Shown: positions 7,575 to 16,083 of the stretch, piece after piece
How the letters are laid out: each line of letters opens with the position of its first letter
Numbering within the stretch: the first letter of the stretch is position 1
Position numbers and translations under genes: made by a program
DNA from: Anaerolineales bacterium
Lineage (GTDB): Bacteria; Chloroflexota; Anaerolineae; Anaerolineales; E44-bin32
Assembly: GCA_035455265.1 (NCBI GenBank)
Contig: DATIFK010000012.1
Location: 6,035 to 70,034, forward strand
DNA: 64,000 bases
Direction of reading: 5' to 3'
Notes under the pieces: model-generated
The model's input: the letters and a program-made list of their open reading frames with translations, nothing else
Databases searched by the model: none
Told to the model about the DNA's origin: nothing

Positions 7575-9497
7575 ATGAATACCCTGTATGTTGTCGTGAT
7601 CGCGGCCATCGCCATCTACGTCGCCTACAACTTCTACGCCAAGCGCATCGATCGGAACGTCATCCAATCGGATGCCAAACGCGCCACCCCGGCGAAGATG
7701 TACATGGACGGCGTGGATTTCATGCCCACCAATCGGAACGTGCTGTACGGCTATCACTTCAAGTCGATCGCCGCCGCCGGTCCGATCGTGGGCGTGATCA
7801 CGGCCGCCAACCTGTGGGGCTGGCTGCCCGCCATCCTGTGGCTGGTGCTGGGCGTCAGCTTCATCGGCTGGGCAAGCGACTACTCGGCCATCATGTTGTC
7901 AGTCCGCAATGAGGGCAACAGCCTGAGCGCCATCTCGCACAAGCTGATCGCCCCGCGCACCCGCACCATCCTGTTCGTGTTCATCTTCTTCTACCTGCTG
8001 CTGATCGCCGGCGCCTTCGTCGGGATCCTGGCCGCCATCCTGTCGGCGCGACCGGATGTGCCCTTCGGCATCCTCGTGCTCGCCCTGATGGGCCTGCTGG
8101 CCGGCCAGATGCTCTACCGGTGGAAGATGGATCTGATCGTCGTGACCGCCATCGTCGTCGTCGTGACCCTGGCGGCGATGATCTTCGGGCCCTTCGGCCG
8201 GCACACGGATGCCGACGGCAAGCTTGTCCAAGGCCCCGTCGGTCAGTTGATCGTGAGCGTCAACAACGTCTTCGACAACCTCACCGGCAAGAAGCCGATT
8301 GAGGCGCTGAGCACTGTCGATCCGACGCTGGCCGATCCGCGCATCCCGGCGCCCAACGCCGAGGGCGTGCGCCCAACGACGGCCACCTTCGATGCCGCCT
8401 CGGGCTCGATCAAGACCTTGCCCAACTACCTCTTCTGGGCGCTGTTCTTGTTCGTGTTCTCGTATCTGGGGGCCAACCTGCCGATCTGGAGGTTCGCTCA
8501 GCCGGTCAACTACATCGGCTTCTGGATCACCCTGCTGACCATCGGCTTCAGCGCCATCGGCGCCGTCCTGGCGCCCCTGACCGGCGCGCTGGACTCGACC
8601 GGCGCCGCCATCGGGACCTTCGCCCTGCCGGCGATCAAGGACCCGGGCCTCGGCTTCGCCCTCGTGGCCGGCAAGGCCTGGCAACCGCTGTGGCCGATGC
8701 TGTTCGTCACCATCGCCTGCGGCGCCATCTCCGGGTGGCACGCGCTCTTCGGCTCGATCGGCACGGCGCGCCAGCTGGAGTATGAAACCGACGGTCTGCC
8801 GGTGGGCGGCGGAGCGATGTTCACCGAGAACACGCTCGCTCTGCTGTCGCTGGTGGCGGTCTCGATCGCCGGTGCCGGCGGCGGCGGCGGCCGCTTCGCG
8901 GCGGGCGTCGGCAAACTCCTGAGCGCGGTCTTCGGCGTGGGCTTCGAGCCCTTCGGCACGGCGCTGGGCTTCGGCGCCTTCGTGGTCATCGTCCTGACGG
9001 TCACGCAGCTCGTCTTCCGCGTGATGCGGGTGACCCTGACCGAGTGGGTCGGCGAGACCGTGCCGGTCGCCCGGGATCCTAACGTCTCGACCATCTTCTC
9101 GATGATCCTGACGCTGGCCCTCGTGCTGACCGGGACCTGGGTCTACCTGTGGCAGATGTTCGGCGCCGCCAACCAACTGATGGCGGCGTTGAGCCTGCTG
9201 GTCGTCACGGTCTGGCTCAAGTCGCAGAAGCGCAATCCGTCGTACGCCTTGTGGCCGACGCTGTTCATGTACATCACCACCCTGGCGGCGACGGCCGTGA
9301 CGGCGCGCAACCTGTACGTGACCATTGCCACCAAGCCCGAGCTCGGCGCCCTGCCGGTCGCCGGTGCCTGGGCGATGATCATCGTGGCGGTGCTGCTGAT
9401 CGTCGCAGCCCTGCTCATCGGGTGGGATGGGTACAACGCTTACCAGCGCTACGCGCGAGGCAAGATGGCGGCGGCCGGCGCGCCGGCGGCGCGCTAG
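7575..9497 (+). CDS. cstA: carbon starvation protein A (peptide/pyruvate transporter family)
   Basis: About 640-aa polytopic membrane protein with a CstA-like N-terminus (AIYVAYNFYAKRIDRNV) and conserved blocks throughout. Start placed at the internal ATG at 7575, preceded by GGAGGGAG. Confidence 0.9.
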   Translation: MNTLYVVVIAAIAIYVAYNFYAKRIDRNVIQSDAKRATPAKMYMDGVDFMPTNRNVLYGYHFKSIAAAGPIVGVITAANLWGWLPAILWLVLGVSFIGWASDYSAIMLSVRNEGNSLSAISHKLIAPRTRTILFVFIFFYLLLIAGAFVGILAAILSARPDVPFGILVLALMGLLAGQMLYRWKMDLIVVTAIVVVVTLAAMIFGPFGRHTDADGKLVQGPVGQLIVSVNNVFDNLTGKKPIEALSTVDPTLADPRIPAPNAEGVRPTTATFDAASGSIKTLPNYLFWALFLFVFSYLGANLPIWRFAQPVNYIGFWITLLTIGFSAIGAVLAPLTGALDSTGAAIGTFALPAIKDPGLGFALVAGKAWQPLWPMLFVTIACGAISGWHALFGSIGTARQLEYETDGLPVGGGAMFTENTLALLSLVAVSIAGAGGGGGRFAAGVGKLLSAVFGVGFEPFGTALGFGAFVVIVLTVTQLVFRVMRVTLTEWVGETVPVARDPNVSTIFSMILTLALVLTGTWVYLWQMFGAANQLMAALSLLVVTVWLKSQKRNPSYALWPTLFMYITTLAATAVTARNLYVTIATKPELGALPVAGAWAMIIVAVLLIVAALLIGWDGYNAYQRYARGKMAAAGAPAAR

Positions 9498-9540
9498 GGC
9501 TTGTTGGTAGGCGAGGCTGGTTCTGCCGATCGGTGAACGC

Positions 9541-9580
9541 GAAGGCCCGCCGGGGCGGTCTCCCGTCTCGGCGGGCCTTC
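9541..9580. terminator. GC-rich hairpin between convergent genes (bidirectional terminator candidate)
   Basis: GAAGGCCCGCCG-N16-CGGCGGGCCTTC, a 12-bp perfect stem. Confidence 0.5.
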
Positions 9581-9590
9581 GACGAACGCG

Positions 9591-10244
9591 TCAGGCTGCG
9601 GCCGCCCGCTGGGCCAAGCCGCGAATGGCGTCGATGTACTCGGCTGCCCGATCGCCCTTCAAGCTCGGCAGCGGTACGTGCAATTCAAACTGGGGCGACT
9701 CGCGTCGAACGCCCAACCGCCAGACCTCCGCGAACGAAGCGCGGGCGTCGTTCAGGAGCGACAGGGCGCCCGGTCGAGAGACCGGCAGGCTCGCTTTCGG
9801 TGCCAGGAAGAGGTGATCGCCGGCGGCCTCTTCTTCCCAGCGCTGCTGGCGAGCGACGGCGATGGCCCGCTGGCCCGTCCAGCTCTGCGGCGAGGCGACT
9901 TCGTACTCGAGCCGCGGCGCCGCCTGCAGTTGTCCGCGAACGATGAGCGTGTCGCGCCGGCCGCGCCCGGCGGCGAGCAGCCACAGCCACGGGACGTCGC
10001 GCGGCGCCAGGACGAGCAAGACCTGGGCCTGGCGGAAGGGTGGCTTGGCCCGGTTGATGGTCAGTTCCACCACCGACGTGCCGAGCCAGCGCAGGGTGGT
10101 CCTTTCGCCCAGATGGGGAAGACCGCCCTGGAGCCAGCGCAGAACGGCGTTGCCGCGGCGTATGTTCCAGATCACGCCGGCAGCGAACCAGCCCATCACC
10201 AGGGCCAGGGCCAGGATCAACCAGGGCTGATAACGAGGGTCCAC
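9591..10244 (-). CDS. hypothetical N-terminally membrane-anchored protein (217 aa)
   Basis: Single N-terminal TM segment (WLILALALVMGWFAAGVIW). Divergent from the ArsA-like cassette. No family recognised. Confidence 0.5.
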   Translation of the reverse strand: MDPRYQPWLILALALVMGWFAAGVIWNIRRGNAVLRWLQGGLPHLGERTTLRWLGTSVVELTINRAKPPFRQAQVLLVLAPRDVPWLWLLAAGRGRRDTLIVRGQLQAAPRLEYEVASPQSWTGQRAIAVARQQRWEEEAAGDHLFLAPKASLPVSRPGALSLLNDARASFAEVWRLGVRRESPQFELHVPLPSLKGDRAAEYIDAIRGLAQRAAAA

Positions 10245-10324
10245 GGCGGCTCCTCCGGTGGATGGATTCTAGCGGCAGGCCGCTCGACCGTCAAAGCGCT
10301 TTGTGGGAGAATCAGCCAGCGCGC

Positions 10325-10645
10325 ATGTCTACCTCCGACCAGCCAACCACCGTGGCGAGCGCCCTTCGCCGCAACTTCGACTCGTTTCGCCACGGCCTGC
10401 GCGACTTCCTGTACGGTATGCTCGGCTACGAGTTGGCCCAGCATGCCCTGGAGATGCGCGCCACCACCGAGGCGCTGTTCCTGTTGGCCACCTTCGGCGA
10501 CATGATCGGCGTGCCCATCCTGCCGCCCTACTACAACCTGCGGCTGCTGCCGTTCGCCGTTCCGAACATCACCTCCTGGAAACGACGCCTGCTGCGCGAG
10601 CGCGAGTTCACCGACGAGCACGACTACGACCTGCACGGTCTTTGA
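10325..10645 (+). CDS. small conserved protein, paralog 1 of 3 (PILPPYYxLRLLP motif), 106 aa
   Basis: Aligns with the ORFs at 10681 and 13062: LYGM...EALFLLATFGDMIGVPILPPYYNLRLLPFAVPNITSWKRRLLRERE. Start chosen at ATG 10325 by paralog length; the ORF extends to 10262. Confidence 0.7.
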   Translation: MSTSDQPTTVASALRRNFDSFRHGLRDFLYGMLGYELAQHALEMRATTEALFLLATFGDMIGVPILPPYYNLRLLPFAVPNITSWKRRLLREREFTDEHDYDLHGL

Positions 10646-10680
10646 GCCGGCGCCATCCCCGGCCGGCGGAAGGAGCTTCC

Positions 10681-10950
10681 ATGACCACCACCACTCCCAA
10701 GAAGTCGATCTGGCAGAATCTCAGGGAGATCATGTACGGCATGGCGACCCACGACATGAGCCGCTATGCCGTTCGCACCCGCGCCAGCATGGAGCACCTG
10801 TTCATCCTGATCACGATGGGTGATCTGATCGGCGTGCCCATCCTGCCGCCTTACTACAGCCTGCGGCTCCTGCCCTACGTCGTCCCTCAAATCTCGACCT
10901 GGAAACGCCGCCTGCTGCGCGAGAAGGACATCTCGGACGCGATGTTCTGA
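10681..10950 (+). CDS. small conserved protein, paralog 2 of 3 (PILPPYYxLRLLP motif), 89 aa
   Basis: GGAAGGAG Shine-Dalgarno block upstream of the ATG. Sequence MYGM...EHLFILITMGDLIGVPILPPYYSLRLLPYVVPQISTWKRRLLREKD. Embedded in the longer track ORF 10303..10950. Confidence 0.75.
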   Translation: MTTTTPKKSIWQNLREIMYGMATHDMSRYAVRTRASMEHLFILITMGDLIGVPILPPYYSLRLLPYVVPQISTWKRRLLREKDISDAMF

Positions 10951-10951
10951 G

Positions 10952-11038
10952 CCCAGCCCCCGGCTGCCCGCTCCCAGCCGCCAGCCGAGAACGGTTGCGG
11001 TCTGGCTGGAGGCTGGCGGCTGGAAGCTGGGAGCCGGG
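10952..11038. repeat. heptad-type (GCTGGNN / CCAGCNN) inverted repeat, intercistronic in the ArsA-like cassette
   Basis: cccagcccccggctgcccgctcccagccgccagccgag ... ctggctggaggctggcggctggaagctgggagccggg. Confidence 0.7.
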
Positions 11039-11073
11039 AAGATGACGACGAGCATTCCGCGAAAGGATCATCG

Positions 11074-12075
11074 ATGAGCCTCCGCGACTCCATCCTGGAA
11101 CACCCTGAACGGCGCTATTTGATGTTCGGCGGCAAGGGCGGCCTGGGGAAGACCACCTTCTCGGCCGCCACCGCCTATTGGCTCGCCTCGCGCGGCAAGC
11201 GCGTGCTGGTCTTCTCCGTCGACCCTCAGGCCAGCCTGTCGGATATCTTCGAGAAGGACATCTTCGGTAAGGGCCCGGTCAAGATGATGGACAACTTGTG
11301 GGCGCAGGAGGTCGATGCCGACCGGCACATCCGCGCCTACCAGGAAGAGATCCGCGCCAAGATCCGCGATATGTACGGGTTCGACTCGGTCCCGGACGAG
11401 ATCGAGCAATACATCCAGGCCGCCAGCGCCGAGCCGGCCATGGAGGAGAGCGCCATCTTCGACGCCGTCGTCGACATCGTCGTGACCGGCGACTATGACT
11501 ACTACATCTATGACCTCGTCCCGTTGGGCCATGCCCTGTACTACTTGAGTATGGCCAAGGTCTACGATGAGTGGATCAACAAGATCACGAAACTGCGCGA
11601 GGAGATGCGCGAGTACGAGGAGATGGTCTCGCGCCTCAAGCGTGAGAAGGACACCGAAGAGGACCACATCCTCTCGGAGCTGCAGTACATTCGCACCCGC
11701 ATCAACGCTTCAAGCCAGATCCTGACCGACAAGGAGAAGACCGCCTTCTACTTCGTGGTGGTCCCCGAGAAGATGATCATCCTCGACACCCAGAAGGCGG
11801 CGGTGCTGTTCTCGCAATTCGACGTCCCGATCGCCGGGTACGTCGTCAACCGGGTGGTGCCCGAGGAGCTGCTGGGCAAGAACATCCCGGCCTATCTCAA
11901 GCATCGCATCGAAATGCAAAAGACCTACATGGAGGAGATACGCCAGGTTTTCGGCGACCAGGTCAGCGCGTACGTCCCCGAACTGGAACGCGACGTGACG
12001 GGCCTGCCGATGATCGAGCGGCTGGCGGAGATCATGTACGGCGACGGAAACCACAAGGCGGGGAGGCCGCGGTGA
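11074..12075 (+). CDS. ArsA/Get3 (TRC40)-family P-loop ATPase, subunit 1 (333 aa, Cys-free)
   Basis: Deviant Walker A FGGKGGLGKTT, switch I-like SVDPQASLSDIF, EESAIFD block, and a degenerate switch II YDLVPLGHALYYL (canonical is DTAPTGH). Contains no cysteine. Confidence 0.85.
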   Translation: MSLRDSILEHPERRYLMFGGKGGLGKTTFSAATAYWLASRGKRVLVFSVDPQASLSDIFEKDIFGKGPVKMMDNLWAQEVDADRHIRAYQEEIRAKIRDMYGFDSVPDEIEQYIQAASAEPAMEESAIFDAVVDIVVTGDYDYYIYDLVPLGHALYYLSMAKVYDEWINKITKLREEMREYEEMVSRLKREKDTEEDHILSELQYIRTRINASSQILTDKEKTAFYFVVVPEKMIILDTQKAAVLFSQFDVPIAGYVVNRVVPEELLGKNIPAYLKHRIEMQKTYMEEIRQVFGDQVSAYVPELERDVTGLPMIERLAEIMYGDGNHKAGRPR

Positions 12076-13052
12076 GCCACAGCGACGTATCCATGAAGCA
12101 GTACATCGCCGACCATCCCGGCTTGCGCTACATCTTCTTCGGCGGCAAAGGCGGGGTTGGAAAGACCGTCATGGCCGGCAGCACGGCCCTTTGGCTGGCG
12201 TCGCAAGGCCGCAAGGTGATTCTGGCCTCGACCAATCCGGTCCACAGCCTGAGCGGCCTGCTGGGACAGAACGTCTTCGGCCAGCCGACCCAGGTCGACG
12301 GCGCGCCCAACCTGTGGGGTTATGAGATCGACACCAAGGAGACCATCGAGCGCTCCAAGAATGAGATTCGAGAGAAGATCCAGTGGTTCTTGAAATTCGC
12401 CGACATCTCGACCAAAGCGGATGACTTCGTCGAGTCGGCGACGATGAACCCGGCCTTCGAGGAGTCGGCCATGTTCGAGAACATGGTCGACCTGATGATC
12501 GGCGACGCCTACCAGGTCTACGTCTTCGACACCGCGCCGACGGCCAACGCCCGGCGCCTGCTGGGGATGTCGCAGGTCTACTCGCTGTGGGTCAACAAGA
12601 TGCTCAAGAGCCGCGAGGAGGCCCGCTCGCTGCGGGAGCTGCTGTCGTTCACCAAGAAGAAGGAATCCGACCCCCTGCTCGACTATCTGGTGGCCTTCCG
12701 CGAGCGCATGGGGCGCGCCCGGGAGATGCTGACCGATCCCGAGCGCACGGCCTTCTTTTTCGTGACGCTGGCCGAGGCCTTGCCCATCGCCGTCATCACC
12801 CGCTTCATCGGCTGGTTCCACGAGTTCGGCATCCCGGTGGGCGGAGTCATCGTCAACATGCTGATCGACCGCAAACAGGTGAACGATGCCTCCCCGGACT
12901 TCGTCCGCAACCGCCTGGCCATGCAGGATCGCTACATGGTCGAGATCGGGCAGAAGTTCGAGGGGCTGGTGCGTGCCCAGACGCCGCTGTACGAAGACGA
13001 GGTCCGCCAGGTGGCGAGTTTGCGCCAGCTGGGCGACTCGCTGTTCGTCTAG
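12072..13052 (+). CDS. ArsA/Get3 (TRC40)-family P-loop ATPase, subunit 2 (326 aa, Cys-free)
   Basis: GTG start overlaps the upstream stop (GTGA), with GGGGAGG upstream. Walker A FGGKGGVGKTV, altered switch I STNPVHSLSGLL, EESAMFE block, and switch II FDTAPTANARRLL. Contains no cysteine. Confidence 0.85.
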   Translation: MSHSDVSMKQYIADHPGLRYIFFGGKGGVGKTVMAGSTALWLASQGRKVILASTNPVHSLSGLLGQNVFGQPTQVDGAPNLWGYEIDTKETIERSKNEIREKIQWFLKFADISTKADDFVESATMNPAFEESAMFENMVDLMIGDAYQVYVFDTAPTANARRLLGMSQVYSLWVNKMLKSREEARSLRELLSFTKKKESDPLLDYLVAFRERMGRAREMLTDPERTAFFFVTLAEALPIAVITRFIGWFHEFGIPVGGVIVNMLIDRKQVNDASPDFVRNRLAMQDRYMVEIGQKFEGLVRAQTPLYEDEVRQVASLRQLGDSLFV

Positions 13053-13061
13053 GGCGCGCGA

Positions 13062-13322
13062 ATGAACCTGGGCGACATCCGCCGAACGCTCGGCCAGATC
13101 CTGTACGGGATGGCCCTGCACGACAGCGTCCGGATGTTCGCCCGCCAGCGAAGCGGCCTCGAGCACCTCTTCGTCCTGACGAGCTTCGGGGACCTGCTGG
13201 GCCTCCCGATCCTGCCGCCCTACTACAGCCTTCGGTTGCTCCCGTTCGTCGTGCCGCTCATCGGCAACTGGCGCCGCCGCATGCTGCGCGAACGGGACCT
13301 GATGGACAGCATCTTCGGGTGA
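13062..13322 (+). CDS. small conserved protein, paralog 3 of 3 (PILPPYYxLRLLP motif), 86 aa
   Basis: Starts 9 nt after the stop of ATPase 2. Sequence LYGM...EHLFVLTSFGDLLGLPILPPYYSLRLLPFVVPLIGNWRRRMLRERD. Confidence 0.75.
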   Translation: MNLGDIRRTLGQILYGMALHDSVRMFARQRSGLEHLFVLTSFGDLLGLPILPPYYSLRLLPFVVPLIGNWRRRMLRERDLMDSIFG

Positions 13323-13436
13323 AGGAGCGGAGAGGCTCAGCACGGCCAACAGTGGAGCTGCGTCCTCTACACGGGGGTCACGAGCAACCTGGTTCGTAGA
13401 ATGGAGAACCATCGGTCGACACCCAGGAGAATCCCA

Positions 13437-14225
13437 ATGGACCTCGGACTGAAAGGCAAGATCGCCCTCGTCACCGCGGCCTCGAAGGGCCTGGGAAAGG
13501 CGGCCGCCCTGGCGCTGGCGCGGGAAGGCGCGGCGGTGGCGATTTCGGCGCGCAGCGAGTTGATCGACAGCACCGCCGAGGAGATCCGCCGCGAAACGGG
13601 CGCGCGGGTCTTGCCTCTGCGCGGCGACCTGACGCAGGCCGCCTCCGTCCTGGACATCGTCGACCGGACGCTGAAGGAGCTGGGGCCCATCGACATCTTG
13701 ATCGTCAACGCCGGCGGCCCGCCCACCGGGGGCTTCCTCGCCCTGAAGCCGGAGGACTGGGAATCGGCTTTCCAGCTGACGGTCATGAGCGCCGTGCGGT
13801 TGTGTTACGCCGTCGTCCCCCACATGATCGAGCACGGCTCGGGTAGCATCGTCGCCACCCAGTCGTACACCGTCAAGCAGCCCATGCCGAACCTGATTCT
13901 GTCGAACGCGCTGCGGATGGCCGTCATCGGCCTGATGAAGACGCTGGCCGACGAACTCGGGCCGAAAGGTATCCGCGTCAACACGATCAACCCGGCCTGG
14001 ACCTCCACCGAGCGGGTCGATCACCTGATGGCCGACCGCGCCCGCCGGGCGGGCACTACACCCGAGGCCGAGGCGGCCAAGGCCGTCGCGGAGCTCCCCT
14101 TGGGCCGCATGGGCACCGTTGAAGAATACGGGCGGACCGTCGCCTGGCTGGCCTCTCCGGCGGCGTCCTTCATCCACGGCCATGCCCTCATCTTCGATGG
14201 AGGCGCGGTCAGGTCAGCCCTCTAG
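13437..14225 (+). CDS. SDR-family oxidoreductase (FabG-like)
   Basis: Cofactor motif KIALVTAASKGLGKA and a VNAGGP block. Start placed at the internal ATG (MDLGLKGK); the ORF extends to 13401. Confidence 0.8.
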   Translation: MDLGLKGKIALVTAASKGLGKAAALALAREGAAVAISARSELIDSTAEEIRRETGARVLPLRGDLTQAASVLDIVDRTLKELGPIDILIVNAGGPPTGGFLALKPEDWESAFQLTVMSAVRLCYAVVPHMIEHGSGSIVATQSYTVKQPMPNLILSNALRMAVIGLMKTLADELGPKGIRVNTINPAWTSTERVDHLMADRARRAGTTPEAEAAKAVAELPLGRMGTVEEYGRTVAWLASPAASFIHGHALIFDGGAVRSAL

Positions 14226-14295
14226 GCGCTTCCCGAAGACAACTCGGCGGCACAGGCCCGATAGAAACCCCCCGGCAGGGCGCCGTCGACCGTTT

Positions 14296-14320
14296 ACTGA
14301 CAACTGAAGGCTGAAGACTG
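14296..14320. repeat. short heptad-type repeat (single arm)
   Basis: ctgacaactgaaggctgaagactg. Confidence 0.4.
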
Positions 14321-14339
14321 TTCGCGGAGGTCTTGACCG

Positions 14340-15266
14340 ATGAAGATCGCAATCGCCGGTGCGGGCGGCGTTGGAGGATACTTCGGCGGACTCTTGGCGC
14401 TCGCCGGCCACGAGGTAACGTTTCTTGCCCGGGGCGAACACCTGCAGGCCATCCGTCAGCGCGGATTGCGGGTGATCAGCAGCACCCACGGCGAATTCGT
14501 GATTTCGCCGGCGCGAGCCGAGGAAGATCCGGCACGCGTCGGCCCGGTGGATTACGTTGTGGTGGCAGTCAAGACCTATCACCTCGAAGCGCTGGCGCCG
14601 CGCCTGGCGCCGCTGGTGGCCCCCGACACCGCCGTGGTTCCCTTGCTGAACGGCGTCACCGCGCACGAAGTCTTGCGCCGGCATCTTCCCGGGCCGGCCG
14701 TCGTGGGCGGGCTGTGCGCGATCTTCACCCAGATCGAATCGCCGGGCGTGATACGAATGGGCGGCAAGACCAAGACCGTCGTCGTCGGCGAGCTCGACGG
14801 ACCACCGTCGGAACGTCTCAACCGCCTCATCGAAGTGTGGAAGGGTCAAGGGCTCGACGCTTCCCAATCGAACGACATCCTGGCCGCCCTGTGGAACAAG
14901 TTCGTGTTCATCGCCTCCGCCGGCGGGCTGACCTCACTCGCCCGCCTCCCCATCGGCGCTGTGCGCAGTCTCCCCCCTACGAGGGAGTTGTTGACCGAGG
15001 CGTTGGGCGAAGTCGAAGCCGTGGCGCGGAGCCTTGGCGTCCGCCTGGCGCCCGACGTCGTCGAGAAGGCCCTGGCGACGGTCGATCGGTTCGAACCGGA
15101 GGTGACGACGTCGATGCAGCGCGACGTCGCCGCCGGTCGGCTGTTCGAGTTGGAGGCGTTCAGTGGGACCATCGTTCGACTCGGCCAGGAGCACGGGGTT
15201 CCGACCCCGGTCCACCGAGCGATCTATGCGCTGCTCTTGCCCCAGTTGAAAGCCGTTGGGGGGTGA
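14340..15266 (+). CDS. panE: 2-dehydropantoate 2-reductase (ketopantoate reductase)
   Basis: N-terminal MKIAIAGAGGVGGYFGGLLALAGHEVTFLAR with ApbA/PanE-like length and C-terminal domain. GGAGG upstream. Confidence 0.8.
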   Translation: MKIAIAGAGGVGGYFGGLLALAGHEVTFLARGEHLQAIRQRGLRVISSTHGEFVISPARAEEDPARVGPVDYVVVAVKTYHLEALAPRLAPLVAPDTAVVPLLNGVTAHEVLRRHLPGPAVVGGLCAIFTQIESPGVIRMGGKTKTVVVGELDGPPSERLNRLIEVWKGQGLDASQSNDILAALWNKFVFIASAGGLTSLARLPIGAVRSLPPTRELLTEALGEVEAVARSLGVRLAPDVVEKALATVDRFEPEVTTSMQRDVAAGRLFELEAFSGTIVRLGQEHGVPTPVHRAIYALLLPQLKAVGG

Positions 15267-15293
15267 CCCCACGCGCCCGGCGCTGTCGGCGCA

Positions 15294-15340
15294 AGACTGA
15301 GACTGGCTGGAAGCTGGCGGCTGGGAGCCGGCAGCTGACA
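15294..15340. repeat. heptad-type repeat (GCTGGNN units), single arm
   Basis: agactgagactggctggaagctggcggctgggagccggcagctgaca. The core is nearly identical to 11002-11038. Confidence 0.6.
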
Positions 15341-15347
15341 CAAGCCT

Positions 15348-15992
15348 CTAGCCTTCGCTCTGCTCGTGCCGCCGCTCGCCCAGCTTGGCTTCGACGATCC
15401 GTCGAATATCCGCGTGCACCTCGTCGGCGGGTCGAGCGGCGTCGACCTTGACCCAGCGCTGTGGGTCGGCGGCCGCCAGAGCCAGGAACCCCTGGCGCAC
15501 GCGCTCGTGGAACGCCAGGTCATACGCGTCGAGGCGGTTCCATTCACCGTGTTTCTTGCGGCGCATCAGGCCGTCCTGCGCCGCCAGGTCGAGCAGCAGA
15601 GTCAGGTCGGGCACCAGCCCGCCGGTGGCGAAGGTCGTGATGTGGCGCAACGCCTCCAGATCGAGGCGGTGGCCGTAGCCCTGGTAGGCAAAGGTCGAGT
15701 CGTAGAAACGATCGGACACGACCGTACCTCCGGCCTGAAGATGCGGCCGGATGACTTCGTGGCACAACTGCGCGCGCGAGGCGGAGAAGAGCAGCAGCTC
15801 GGTCCGCGGGTGCATCGGCGTGTTGCCCAGGTCGGTCAGCACCCGTCGGATCTGGTCGCCGATGGCCGTGCCGCCGGGCTCGCGCGTCATCAGGACGTCG
15901 AGTCCCTGGCCGCGTAGCGACTCGACCAGGCGTAGCGCCTGGGTCGACTTGCCGCCCCCGTCGGGGCCCTCGAGGGTGATGAAGAGAGACAT
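15348..15992 (-). CDS. tmk: dTMP (thymidylate) kinase
   Basis: P-loop FITLEGPDGGGKSTQ, REPGGT motif, typical length of about 210 aa. Confidence 0.9.
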   Translation of the reverse strand: MSLFITLEGPDGGGKSTQALRLVESLRGQGLDVLMTREPGGTAIGDQIRRVLTDLGNTPMHPRTELLLFSASRAQLCHEVIRPHLQAGGTVVSDRFYDSTFAYQGYGHRLDLEALRHITTFATGGLVPDLTLLLDLAAQDGLMRRKKHGEWNRLDAYDLAFHERVRQGFLALAAADPQRWVKVDAARPADEVHADIRRIVEAKLGERRHEQSEG

Positions 15993-16005
15993 GGCGCCTC
16001 AGCGA

Positions 16006-16066
16006 GTGGCCAGTGGTCAGTGGTCAGTGGAGTCTGATCTTCCTGGCCACTGACCACTCACCACTG
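16006..16066. repeat. heptad-type inverted repeat hairpin (CAGTGGT units)
   Basis: gtggccagtggtcagtggtcagtgg ... ccactgaccactcaccactg; about 20 bp of complementarity with one mismatch. Confidence 0.8.
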
Positions 16067-16083
16067 TTCACTTCCCATGAGCC

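Noticed and set aside
12072-12075. Frequent 4-nt stop/start overlaps (GTGA or ATGA at 12072, 24778, 30110, 52851 and 62673) as something unusual.
   Set aside because: This is ordinary translational coupling in compact operons. Only the serial ladder at 63362-63524 is exceptional, and it is reported separately.
11074-13052. Interpretation of the tandem ArsA-like genes as an arsenite efflux ATPase (ars operon).
   Set aside because: There is no arsB/acr3, arsC, arsD or arsR in the cassette. Both proteins completely lack cysteine and so cannot form the metalloid-binding site. The ArsR-family regulator at 28037 is 15 kb away and carries a DUF2087 domain.
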